Shown here piece after piece: positions 54,435 through 63,925 of a stretch of 64,000 bases of DNA (positions are counted from its first letter, which is position 1; the number at the start of each line of letters is the position of its first letter). A program made the translations under genes and the position numbers. The notes under the pieces were generated by a model. The model made no database searches, was not told the DNA's origin, and worked only from the letters and a program-made list of their open reading frames with translations. This DNA comes from Candidatus Obscuribacteraceae bacterium (lineage in GTDB: Bacteria > Cyanobacteriota > Vampirovibrionia > Obscuribacterales > Obscuribacteraceae), in the NCBI GenBank assembly GCA_044226015.1, contig JBGAHS010000010.1, positions 192,001 to 256,000 of the forward strand, in the 5' to 3' direction.

Positions 54435-55214
54435 CTAGACCATCGGAGGGTCATCGCCTTTCGCCGCTTGAGTGCCAAAGTAGATGTATCCCATCGTAAT
54501 AGCGAGGCTCAGAAGACCGAATGCTGGAATATCTTTTCCGATGAGGAACTGTAGCAATGAAAGCACTATTGATGGTGTCATTGCAAAAGCTGCCAACCGA
54601 ACCATGTTTTTGTATCCGAGTTTGCGAGAATCCATAAGTAATGCAAAAGCACCAAATATAAGCGCTTGAAGAATATGTGCTATCCACACGAACAACCCAC
54701 AAGCCCAGAAAATGATTCCAGAGAAAAGAGGTAGTTTGGAAATAAAGTCATTTATCTTAGCGCTGTTGACGTTGAAGTCTGTGTTCATCTGTGACCATGG
54801 CATTGTCTTTTCTGTGCCATCACGTTCTGCCACTATGAGATTGTCTTGGGTCAATAGAAAGGTGGCGCCGTTTGCATGAGCAAGGTCGGTTACTTGACCG
54901 CTTGTGTCAAACATTGCTATTGGCTTGCCGTTTTGAGGATCGTTCAAGGTGTAGGGTGATTGTTTGTCGATGCTCAATTTTCCATTAAGCAAGGTCATCT
55001 CGGGAATTTGATTGACAAATTGAGCGAGAGTTTTGTCATTAGATGCAGCTTGAGCCATGGTGAAAACTTTTACCGACTCTAGCGTCCAGCAAAAAAGCAA
55101 GATCAAAAGCAAATAGACGAATCCCATTCCCTTCCCGTTCAGCTGAAGGTCTCGATAAAATGGTTTGGAAAAAAACGTGAAAAATGGCGCTTGCAGGGGC
55201 GAAAATTCTTTCAT
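54435..55214 (-). CDS. DUF1189-like membrane protein
   Basis: FFSKPFYRDL...GMGFVYLL, QIPEMTLLNGKLSID, then three C-terminal TM helices with FAMTP. Confidence 0.7.
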   Translation of the reverse strand: MKEFSPLQAPFFTFFSKPFYRDLQLNGKGMGFVYLLLILLFCWTLESVKVFTMAQAASNDKTLAQFVNQIPEMTLLNGKLSIDKQSPYTLNDPQNGKPIAMFDTSGQVTDLAHANGATFLLTQDNLIVAERDGTEKTMPWSQMNTDFNVNSAKINDFISKLPLFSGIIFWACGLFVWIAHILQALIFGAFALLMDSRKLGYKNMVRLAAFAMTPSIVLSLLQFLIGKDIPAFGLLSLAITMGYIYFGTQAAKGDDPPMV

Positions 55215-55308
55215 GACCAGGCCTCAAAATACAATTCAATAAGCATACTCTCTTGAAAAGTCGCTTGTTTGCTATTTTGTCGGTAAATTCCTTTACCACA
55301 GGGAAGGC

Positions 55309-55454
55309 TGTCATCCTGCGGAGCAAACGAAGCGAGATATCCCGAAACTCAAGCCGCGGGGGCGTCCAAGTCTAGGGATATCTCAAGCCGCGGAGCAATA
55401 TACCTGTGGAGCAGTAAACCACGGATCAAAAAGCCTTGGAATTGCTCAAGCCGC
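55309..55454. repeat. Degenerate palindromic element with three CTCAAGCCGC direct repeats
   Basis: GAGATATCCC (55334) and GGGATATCTC (55375) form an inverted pair; CTCAAGCCGC at 55348, 55382 and 55445. Confidence 0.6.
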
Positions 55455-55461
55455 CAATGAA

Positions 55462-57951
55462 CTATCTGCAGAATCGCTCAAAGGCTGTTTTGATATCGGC
55501 ATTGTCAGGATTTTGCTCGTGTGCTGTTTGAAGTTCTCTTTCACCAGCTTTTCGTTGAGACAATTTCTCGATTAATAGCAACCCCAGTCGCAGATGAGCT
55601 TCGGAATCAGCAACTCGCAGTTCGATTGCTTTGTTGTATTCAGCTTGCGCTTCAGGATATTTCTTGAAGAAGTTCTGCAGCACATATCCGGCTTTGGTAT
55701 GGTAGGTCGAATTAGTTGGATCAGCCGCGCTTGCTTTCTTCAATTGATCTAGCACCGCCTCTGGTTTGTTGTTTTCCTTGATGCGATCTAACATCAACAT
55801 TGCCAGGTTAAAGTGTGGGCTTGCGTAATTAGGGTCGATTTGAATAGCCTTTTCATAAGCCTGTTTAGCCTCTACGTGGCGCCCCATGTTGTACTGATAA
55901 AGTTGACCTAGCAAATTTTGTGCTAAAGCCAATTGGGGGTCTAGATTGATTGCTTTTTTGAATTCGTTTTCCGCTTCGGGAAAGTCCTTATAGAGTTCGG
56001 CATATATGCGAGCCATTCCCACTAGTGCAAGAGCGTTTTTCGGATTTGACGAGAAGGCTTTCTTGTATTGTTCAAATGCTTCGTCGTAAACTCCTCGCCT
56101 TGAAATCAGCAGGTTGGCGTATTGAACACGCGCTTCATCCAGCCCAGGATCGAGCTTGATTGCCTGTTTGAATTCTTTTTCTGCTTCGTCACCCCGGTTC
56201 TGTTCGTCGTTGAGAAATCTGGCGTAAGCAAAGTGGCAAAAACCAACATTTGGTCCTAACTCAAGTGCTTTGTGAAACTCGTTTTCAGCGTCTGCTGCCC
56301 TTTCTCTGTTGTGTGACAGCGTAATTCCCAATTCGGCATGAAGTACCGGATTATTTGGGTCAGTGCTAATAGCTTTTTTGACTTCAGCCTCGCCATTCTT
56401 CTTATCATTGCGAGTGTTGAGAATCCGCGCAAGAGCCAGGCGTGCTTCTGCATCATCGGCATCGGCATCGATTGCCTTTCTTATGAAACCCTCTGCAAGA
56501 TCGCTCTTGCCTTGCTTGAGAAGCAGGTTCGCCAGTCCCATGTACGCTTTGCTGTTGAGGCTGTTTAGTTCTAACGCCTTCTTATACAGTTGTTCAGCCT
56601 GGTCTGCCCGATTTAGATATTTCTCGTTAATTGATGCCATAAGGCAATAGCCCATAGAGTTCTCTGGGTCAAGTGTTACTGCTTTCTGAGCTTGTCTCAT
56701 AGCTTCATCGATGTTGTTCATTCGCAAGTATGCGCGCGCTAACTTTTCTCGCCCTTGAGATGATTCCTCGTCGTTCATCACCGCTCGTTTTGCGTTCTCG
56801 TATGCCTCGTTAAAGCGTCCCTGTGTGTCGTAGACATCAGCTATGACAAGCCGAGCTTCTACCGAATCAGGGTTTGATTTTATTGCTGTTTCCAGTTCGT
56901 GAGTAGCATCAAAGAGCTTGTTGTTTTCAATGAGTTGGCGAGCATTGCGCATTTTCTCGCCATAAGTTGCCAGGTCGTAAACTCCGGCACTTTTGCCTGA
57001 CGATGATGCTGTGTCTGTGCTGAGTGGCACCGTAACTGGTGCTGTATGCGTTTCGCCTGGGGGGGTCGAAAGAACAAGTTGGGGTCCCATAAAGCTGCCT
57101 GACATTACAGGGGTCTGGACCTCCCCTTTATCTTTGAGTACGTCTTGTTGAACCTTTGCTTTCATACTATTGAAAGCTTTATCGACGGTGGCTCCGGGGG
57201 CTTTAAGCGAGTCAATAAAATATCTTGTGAAATAGCTATTCTTAATAACGTCTGATTCCCATGAGCGTTGGTCTGGGCTGCTAGAGCTTATGACCAGGCT
57301 TCCGATGCCCTGTGAAAGGCTAGAAGCATCCACATTCGTTCTGCTTATGCCCTTATGAGATTCACCGCCGGCGCCACTATAACAGGTGTCGAGTACCAGC
57401 AAAATTCGATTGGTATGAACTCTCTCTTTGATGATGCGCAAGAGCTGTCTCATTTCCAAGCCGGTGGCAAAAAGTTTGCGCAATTGTGTGTCATATGCAA
57501 CCACATAATTGACACCTCTAATGTCTGCCCCAGCGGGAGAACCATGTGTAGAAAGATAGATGACTACGAGGTCGTTAGGATTTGCAGCGTGAGGCAAAAA
57601 TGAGTCGCCAAGTGTATCCATGATGTTTACTTTGGTGGCATCATTGTTCACCAGAAGTTTGACGTGATCTTTCTGGAATTTACCGTCGCCGACTAAATAG
57701 TTGTAAAAGTCTTCGGCGTCTTTGGCGGAGTATTTGAGAGTAGGAACCTGCGGGTCTGCGAACTTGCTGATTCCTATTACTACTGCCCATTTATCGCCGA
57801 TTGGAGCAGAACTCTGCACTCTTGGAACCACTTTCGCTCCCGAAGCGCCGCCTGCCGCATAAGCAGCTGAAGACAGTAGAACGGAGGAAGCTAAGAAATA
57901 ACTCGCCAATCTGCAAAAGAGCAATCTTGCTGGATGATTTAACATGAGCAT
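55462..57951 (-). CDS. Exported caspase-family (peptidase C14) protein with long TPR array; catalytic dyad intact
   Basis: Signal peptide; KWAVVIGISKF, LSTHGS (His), LDTCYSG (Cys), QTP; more than 10 TPR units. Confidence 0.9.
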   Translation of the reverse strand: MLMLNHPARLLFCRLASYFLASSVLLSSAAYAAGGASGAKVVPRVQSSAPIGDKWAVVIGISKFADPQVPTLKYSAKDAEDFYNYLVGDGKFQKDHVKLLVNNDATKVNIMDTLGDSFLPHAANPNDLVVIYLSTHGSPAGADIRGVNYVVAYDTQLRKLFATGLEMRQLLRIIKERVHTNRILLVLDTCYSGAGGESHKGISRTNVDASSLSQGIGSLVISSSSPDQRSWESDVIKNSYFTRYFIDSLKAPGATVDKAFNSMKAKVQQDVLKDKGEVQTPVMSGSFMGPQLVLSTPPGETHTAPVTVPLSTDTASSSGKSAGVYDLATYGEKMRNARQLIENNKLFDATHELETAIKSNPDSVEARLVIADVYDTQGRFNEAYENAKRAVMNDEESSQGREKLARAYLRMNNIDEAMRQAQKAVTLDPENSMGYCLMASINEKYLNRADQAEQLYKKALELNSLNSKAYMGLANLLLKQGKSDLAEGFIRKAIDADADDAEARLALARILNTRNDKKNGEAEVKKAISTDPNNPVLHAELGITLSHNRERAADAENEFHKALELGPNVGFCHFAYARFLNDEQNRGDEAEKEFKQAIKLDPGLDEARVQYANLLISRRGVYDEAFEQYKKAFSSNPKNALALVGMARIYAELYKDFPEAENEFKKAINLDPQLALAQNLLGQLYQYNMGRHVEAKQAYEKAIQIDPNYASPHFNLAMLMLDRIKENNKPEAVLDQLKKASAADPTNSTYHTKAGYVLQNFFKKYPEAQAEYNKAIELRVADSEAHLRLGLLLIEKLSQRKAGERELQTAHEQNPDNADIKTAFERFCR

Positions 57952-57997
57952 CTTGTTGGAACCGACCGTTTTGGTCGTATTCGCATCCTCCTCTGAC

Positions 57998-58891
57998 TTA
58001 CGGCTGATGAACTAGCGCCAGGTCTATGGCGAGAACTTGTGTTGGGTCTTTTTGCACGAATGTTGTGACTGCATTCGTGTCACTTATTTTTTCGTCACTG
58101 TTTTGTGTTTTGTCCTGACTACTACCAGCGATCTGATTGCCAGTCGTGTTGTTTAGCTTCTTTGAATTGTTTGCTACTTGCACTGTACCCGGTGCGAGCG
58201 CTAACCCACTCGTGTTCGTGTCTGTGTCCGAATAAGCAAGAACTACTGAACCGGGAATCAAATCTTTTGCTCCGTCCCTTGCAGCAGCTATCACAACGTG
58301 CTTTTTCGTTTTGTCGTTCAGGTATTTGTCGGCATCGATTGTCCCGCGTGAGACCAGCAAAACAAGGTTTTCTGTTCCAGGATTTTGGTCAAAAGTCAGG
58401 AACCCGTCTTGAGGCAAAGAGTAATCGACACTTGCTTTCAAGCGATTATTGTCATGATAGGTAGGGTCGGGAAAAAGCACGGAACGCTCTCCCTGACTAC
58501 CTTCCCTGAGCATGATGTAGGCAAAGGCGTCGGTGTTGGATGTCACGTGGAACTTGATGCTGTCGCCTGACTTGAACTGGAACTTGTTGCTTACTTTTGA
58601 TATTTTTCCGTTTCTTTTCAGTTCAATCCAGTATTGAATGCCTGTATTCAATGCCTGGCTCTGATTCGCCACTTGCCGATAAAAAAGGTCTTTAGCGCCA
58701 GAGGTTTGTGGGGAAACCTTGGCTTTGCCAGGTTTCGCAGAGTCAGCAGAATGAGCAGAATGAGCTACGCCATTGCAGAACCCTTGCGATAGAGCAAGCG
58801 CCGCAGCCAGAGCCAAAATTGATGAACGATTTTTTTCAAGCATTCCTAAATTTCTCAGGAGATAAGTAGTAGGTTCCAGGTTGAATTCCAA
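57998..58891 (-). CDS. Exported DUF4384 domain protein
   Basis: Signal peptide (probable start 58843); FKSGDSIKFHVTSNTDAFAYI...VLFP...LP..G.LTFD..PGTENL.L. Confidence 0.8.
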   Translation of the reverse strand: MEFNLEPTTYLLRNLGMLEKNRSSILALAAALALSQGFCNGVAHSAHSADSAKPGKAKVSPQTSGAKDLFYRQVANQSQALNTGIQYWIELKRNGKISKVSNKFQFKSGDSIKFHVTSNTDAFAYIMLREGSQGERSVLFPDPTYHDNNRLKASVDYSLPQDGFLTFDQNPGTENLVLLVSRGTIDADKYLNDKTKKHVVIAAARDGAKDLIPGSVVLAYSDTDTNTSGLALAPGTVQVANNSKKLNNTTGNQIAGSSQDKTQNSDEKISDTNAVTTFVQKDPTQVLAIDLALVHQP

Positions 58892-59001
58892 CTGATTTAA
58901 TAGATAGCTGATATTATTGCTAAGAATGCGTTTTTAATCCACAGAAGTTTCTACGAATAAAGTTCAGAATTTAGCCGAGCGACGGTTATCAGAGATTAGA
59001 T

Positions 59002-60693
59002 ATGAACAAAAGAGCGATTGATGGAACGTTCGGGTGGCAAAGAGCTTTGAAAGTAAGAATGGTCTGTGCTTCAGTCGTGTTGTGCGCCATGAGTTTCGGG
59101 TTTCTTTCGCCAGGCTTGCAAGCCGCAAGTACTCCGTCGAATTCGGCGCTTACGATATCTCAATCGCCACCTACGCTGTGCTGGGGAGAGAAAATCAGCG
59201 GACCTAAGGTTGCCATTTTGTGTATTCACGGTTTGGGGTTGCACAAAGGTGCCTTTGATGAATTCGGCAAAGTGATGGCCGCAAAGGGAATTCCGACCTA
59301 TGCCATCGACGTTCGCGGATTTGGTGACTGGTACCTTAAGGGTGATGAGAAGCTTGATTTGGCACAAACACTAGCTGATATTCATTCAACCCTGCTGAAC
59401 ATCAAAGCCAAATACCCGGGCACCCCGATTTACATTTTGGGCGAATCGATGGGCGGAGCCGTAGCCTTGCACGCTGCTGCTGAATTTCCAGATCTCGTTA
59501 GTGGATTGATATCGTCTGTTCCGTCTGGCGATAGGTGGAGTGGTGTAGGACAAGACTTGAAGGTTGGTCTTCATGTTCTCGCAGGTGGCTTTAACGGTAG
59601 ATTCAACGTTGGCAAGCATGTTGTTGAGCACGCCACGCATGATGAGCAATTGCGCAAACGGTGGGAAGATGACCCTGCCTCAAGAAGTAAGTTTTCGCCT
59701 GAGGAATTGATTTTATTTCAAAATTTCATGAACAGAAACAATGCTGTCGCGGCAAAGCTGACTTCTATGCCTGTGCTGATTTTGCAGGGTGCTCATGATA
59801 AGTTGGTGCGTCCTGGTGGCAGTTTCAACGTGTGGGACCATCTAGCCACGCCAGATAGAACGTTTGCTGCTAGCAAATCAACCGAGCATTTGATCTTCGA
59901 GTATGGAAGTTTTAGCAATGACGATTTGAATTTCGTTTGCAATTGGATTGATAAGCATCTGGCTCCATTGCCTGATCAGCACGTCAGTTCGGAAGAGCCC
60001 GTGATACCACCGAAGCCTTCCGTTCCAAGTAAAGATGAATTACTTGCATCATCGCCAAATCTGGCAAACAAGCATGGCTTAAATACACCTTCCGATGTTC
60101 TGACTAGTGTTCATGGTGGTGCCAATTTGCCATCACTGTCCTACTGGATTGAACTCATGCGCGATGGGAAAAGATATCGGTGCAATAACAAGACTAGTTT
60201 TAAATCTGGTGATGAAATCAGAATACATGTCATTGCTAATTCGGACGGGTATGCGTACATTTTGATGAAACAGGGTTCGAGCGGAGCGCATGCTGTCTTA
60301 TTCCCTGAGGCAAGAACTGGCAGAAATAATGCGGTGCAAGCAAACAAAGATTATGCTCTTCCCAGCGCCACCTGGTTGAAGTTCGACAATCATGCCGGCA
60401 CAGAAAGGGTTGGCTTGGTTTTCTCGAAATCTGCTCTTGACCCTGACACTAACAAATACCTAAACAACAAGCAGGCAGTCATCGTCTCGGCAGATCGATC
60501 TGGTGCTAAAGACCTATGCCCAACTAGAATGCAAATGAGTTGGGATGACCCTAATCCGCTCATTATGCCTGGTTCTGGAGCGGAGTCTGATGCCGCATTA
60601 GCATCCATGAATTCGAGCATGGTCAAAATAGCTCAGAAGGACAATAAAGAATCTGTGATAGCTGTCGATTTTGATTTGGAACATAACCCATGA
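59002..60693 (+). CDS. Exported alpha/beta hydrolase (lysophospholipase-like) fused to DUF4384
   Basis: IHGLG, DVRGFG, GESMG nucleophile, QGAHDKLV, TEHL; C-terminal FKSGDEIRIHV..NSDGYAYI...VLFP...GTER. Confidence 0.85.
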   Translation: MNKRAIDGTFGWQRALKVRMVCASVVLCAMSFGFLSPGLQAASTPSNSALTISQSPPTLCWGEKISGPKVAILCIHGLGLHKGAFDEFGKVMAAKGIPTYAIDVRGFGDWYLKGDEKLDLAQTLADIHSTLLNIKAKYPGTPIYILGESMGGAVALHAAAEFPDLVSGLISSVPSGDRWSGVGQDLKVGLHVLAGGFNGRFNVGKHVVEHATHDEQLRKRWEDDPASRSKFSPEELILFQNFMNRNNAVAAKLTSMPVLILQGAHDKLVRPGGSFNVWDHLATPDRTFAASKSTEHLIFEYGSFSNDDLNFVCNWIDKHLAPLPDQHVSSEEPVIPPKPSVPSKDELLASSPNLANKHGLNTPSDVLTSVHGGANLPSLSYWIELMRDGKRYRCNNKTSFKSGDEIRIHVIANSDGYAYILMKQGSSGAHAVLFPEARTGRNNAVQANKDYALPSATWLKFDNHAGTERVGLVFSKSALDPDTNKYLNNKQAVIVSADRSGAKDLCPTRMQMSWDDPNPLIMPGSGAESDAALASMNSSMVKIAQKDNKESVIAVDFDLEHNP

Positions 60694-62576
60694 ATCGATA
60701 TAGCAAACTAATTAGCGCTTATACAATGAAAGCAGAAATTGCGCTAGCTAGGCTCGCGAAGATGGATAAGTTCAAGCATCCTCCAAATATTGATTTTTCC
60801 AGTCTGCTTGAGAAGAAGCGTGAACCGTCTCCAAAACGCGTCCGAAAAATATGTGTTTTGAAAAGCATCATAATGTACTCGCTCTTGCTGCTCGGTTTTT
60901 CAATTCTTCAGTTGAATTCTATTCTTGCTGCAAATGCTGCCGAGTCAAACAAAGTAGATTTTACGAAGATACAAGACCTGAATCTCGGCACTAAGCCAGT
61001 GAATAGACCCGTTCGTCAAAAATGGGCATTGGTTGTTGGATGCAATAATTTTCTTGACCGTCGTTTGAACACAACTCAACCCTACGACAAAGCTGCTAAT
61101 AAATTTTTGGACTACTTAACCAGCCCAAAAGGTGGGCGCTTTCGTGCTGACCATGTTCGCGTTCTAACCGATGAAAAAGCAACTGAGCAAAATATTGCTA
61201 ATTCATTTGGGAACTCATGGTTCGGGCGGCTTGTCGGTCCGGACGATCTTGTTGTTGTGTATATTGCCACTCGTTCTTTTCCAACAACAGATGGTAATAG
61301 CTATTTGTGTTCTTACAATTGCGCGCTAGATAATATCTATGGTACTTGCTTATCAGTGCAAGACTTGATGCGAACAATTCGCACAAATTTGAAGTCAGAT
61401 CGAATTGTGTTGATTGTTGAATCGGCCTATAGTGGGGCTGTTGATTTGAGTACTGCACCTGGAAAAAAACTTCCTAACTTTAATGTTGATCTTGAACAAG
61501 TTACTGTGGGCAAGGGTTTAATGGTTTTGAGTTCCAGTCAGTCTGATCAGCTGAGTTGGCAAACAATTTTTACTGATAATCTGACAAGCGCGCTTAGTGA
61601 AAAGGATGGGCTTTTGCCATTGGAAGAGGCGTTCTTGAAAGCCAAGCAACGAACTGAATTCGACTCGGTAAATAAAATTTTCAATGGAAGAAAGCAAACT
61701 CCCGTGATGAAATCTGACTGGAATGGTAATGACCTCGTCTTGGGCTGCCAACCTGTTGATACCACATCTGGTATCCCGGAGGAATCACAAAACTTCCTTG
61801 GCGCGGAAGCGCATTACTTCAATGCGAATAAGGCTGTAATCAACTCTGATTTGAACAAAGCTACTCTCGAATACCAGGAGGCGATAAAGGCTGACCCGTC
61901 GCTTAGCGACGCGAGAGCTGATTTTGCAGTTGTTCTCGCCATGCAAGGAAAGTGGTCAGAAGCTGAAGCGGAGTTGCGAAAGGCTATCGCGATTCGTCCT
62001 GATGATTCCCTCTATTTGACTAACTATGCAAGAGTTCTAGATAAGCTAGGGCAAAAGGAAGAGTGCAAAAAGATTCTAGAGAAAGCTTACTCTATCAATC
62101 CGAAAGATAGAGTGATTCTGGTTGCTCTTGCGGATAAGAATCTTGCTGTGGGCGATAAAGAATCGGCGCTAAGGCTTTTGGATCAGGCGCTGATTTTGTA
62201 CGCGGACAATGCAGTAGTTCAAGATAGAATGGCGTTTGTTTTGAGCATGGAAGGTAGAAACGAAGAAGCCTTGAAGCACGCAAAAGAGGCGGTTCACCTC
62301 GACCCTGGCATGGAAAGCGCTCACCTCAAACTAGGCGCATTGTATTCACTGACTGGCGATAATCAATCAGCAGTCAGAGAATATCAAGCTGTTCTGGCTA
62401 AAAATGATGCAAATCCAGATGCGCATTTTCTTCTTGGGCAAGCACTGGAGAAATCTGGTGACACTCAGGCTCTCAACGAGTACAAGAAGTTTCTTTCGTT
62501 GTGCGCTAGCACTGACAAGCGCCGCGCACAGGTGGAAGAGCGCTTGAAGAATGTGAATACTAATTCGCAACTCTAA
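60690..62576 (+). CDS. Caspase-like protein lacking the catalytic dyad (pseudo-caspase), with TPR array
   Basis: KWALVVG; DDLVVVYIATRS (His replaced by Arg); IVESAYSG (Cys replaced by Ala); QTP; about 7 TPRs; ATGA overlap with the upstream gene. Confidence 0.85.
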   Translation: MNRYSKLISAYTMKAEIALARLAKMDKFKHPPNIDFSSLLEKKREPSPKRVRKICVLKSIIMYSLLLLGFSILQLNSILAANAAESNKVDFTKIQDLNLGTKPVNRPVRQKWALVVGCNNFLDRRLNTTQPYDKAANKFLDYLTSPKGGRFRADHVRVLTDEKATEQNIANSFGNSWFGRLVGPDDLVVVYIATRSFPTTDGNSYLCSYNCALDNIYGTCLSVQDLMRTIRTNLKSDRIVLIVESAYSGAVDLSTAPGKKLPNFNVDLEQVTVGKGLMVLSSSQSDQLSWQTIFTDNLTSALSEKDGLLPLEEAFLKAKQRTEFDSVNKIFNGRKQTPVMKSDWNGNDLVLGCQPVDTTSGIPEESQNFLGAEAHYFNANKAVINSDLNKATLEYQEAIKADPSLSDARADFAVVLAMQGKWSEAEAELRKAIAIRPDDSLYLTNYARVLDKLGQKEECKKILEKAYSINPKDRVILVALADKNLAVGDKESALRLLDQALILYADNAVVQDRMAFVLSMEGRNEEALKHAKEAVHLDPGMESAHLKLGALYSLTGDNQSAVREYQAVLAKNDANPDAHFLLGQALEKSGDTQALNEYKKFLSLCASTDKRRAQVEERLKNVNTNSQL

Positions 62577-62625
62577 TTAGGCGTAGCGTGGTTGGCTCAA
62601 GCTTGCATTGGTAAGAGTAATCTGC

Positions 62626-63105
62626 TCAGGTCCTCTGCGAAATTCTTTTGGCTGAGGTTTTGATGTGTTTCAACGGCACCAGTGCGTATGGCATGAAGTT
62701 GTATGCTCGATAGATCAGCAAATTAACCAGCACCACTATCCACGTAAGGTGATAGAGCGGTGACATTGTGAACAGGTCTGGAATGTGAGTGGCAAATGTA
62801 AGACCTGCTAGCGCAGTGAAGCCACCAAATGCAACTTCAAAAAATGACCACATAATCAGGTTTTGGAATACTTGAAATGACCATGGTAAACCGGTGAGCA
62901 ATGAAAAAACATAGAATACAGCGTTCTGAATTAAGAGAACACCAATCACTCTGGTGCAAAATCGCTTCAACTTAAATCCAAATCTGCGATTAGGTCTTGT
63001 AACCTTTCCGCCCAAGATTGCAAGCGCGCCAGCCCATTCCTTTTCTTTTGAATTCGGATTAGCCAGAATTTCTAGCGCTTGTTCGCGTGTTGTTTTATCA
63101 ACCAT
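62626..63105 (-). CDS. Hypothetical membrane protein
   Basis: Several hydrophobic segments; probable start MVDK at 63105. Confidence 0.6.
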   Translation of the reverse strand: MVDKTTREQALEILANPNSKEKEWAGALAILGGKVTRPNRRFGFKLKRFCTRVIGVLLIQNAVFYVFSLLTGLPWSFQVFQNLIMWSFFEVAFGGFTALAGLTFATHIPDLFTMSPLYHLTWIVVLVNLLIYRAYNFMPYALVPLKHIKTSAKRISQRT

Positions 63106-63221
63106 AAAGAAACCCTGCAGGGAGCCTAATTGCACTCTACGACAGATCGCATCCGGCTGTCAAGGGAAGTCGCGTTTGCTGGTTTTTGGGGCACGAATGG
63201 CGAAATTCTGAGGTAAACGAC

Positions 63222-63260
63222 AAATAAAAAGGCACCCACTCAAATCGATGTGTGGATGCC
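63222..63260 (-). terminator. Intrinsic terminator of the glutathione peroxidase gene
   Basis: Minus-strand stem GGCAUCCAC/GUGGGUGCC followed by UUUUUAUUU. Confidence 0.75.
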
Positions 63261-63283
63261 CTTGTGAAGCTGGTATATCTAAA

Positions 63284-63925
63284 TTAGAGTTGCTTTTCGA
63301 TGTCTTTAGCCATGTCTTCGGGTTTTACTGCAGACTCGAAGCGTTGAACAACATTACCGTGACGGTCAACAAGGAATTTTGTGAAGTTCCACTTGATGGG
63401 CTGAGCTGCACCTTTCTCAGCTCCGGTTAAATAGCGGAACAAAGGATGCGCATGATCTCCGTTAACATCAATTTTTTCGAACATTTGAAAGTCGACACCG
63501 TAATTTCTCTGGCAAAAAGAGCCAATCTCTTCAGCGTTGCCTGGCTCTTGTGCGCCAAATTGATTGCAAGGAAATCCCAATACTTTCAACCCTTTGGCTG
63601 CATACTTCTTATGGAGATCTTCAAGCCCCTGGAACTGAGGAGTGTAACCACATTTGCTAGCAGTGTTTACTATCAACATCACGTCGCCTTTGTAATCACT
63701 GATCTTAATATCTTTACCATCCAATGCTTTTGCCTGGAAATTGTAAATCTCTGCCATTTTTTCATTCTCCTTCTTAGTCATTTTGTTTGCAGCGATAGAA
63801 GTCGGCTTCTTGTCTTGACTTGTGGCATTCTTCGCATGGCACACAGGCATCGCAAGCTGTGCGAAAAGCGAAATTGTTATCGCCGAGAACAATGATGAAT
63901 GCGCGAGTTTCCTGATAGGTGTCAT
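63284..63925 (-). CDS. Cys-type glutathione peroxidase with N-terminal signal peptide
   Basis: VNTASKCG, GFPCNQF and WNFTKFL motifs; GGGGG RBS before ATG 63925. Confidence 0.93.
   Translation of the reverse strand: MTPIRKLAHSSLFSAITISLFAQLAMPVCHAKNATSQDKKPTSIAANKMTKKENEKMAEIYNFQAKALDGKDIKISDYKGDVMLIVNTASKCGYTPQFQGLEDLHKKYAAKGLKVLGFPCNQFGAQEPGNAEEIGSFCQRNYGVDFQMFEKIDVNGDHAHPLFRYLTGAEKGAAQPIKWNFTKFLVDRHGNVVQRFESAVKPEDMAKDIEKQL

Noticed and set aside
63284..63925. Selenocysteine glutathione peroxidase
   Set aside because: The active-site codon is Cys (TGT); there is no in-frame TGA.
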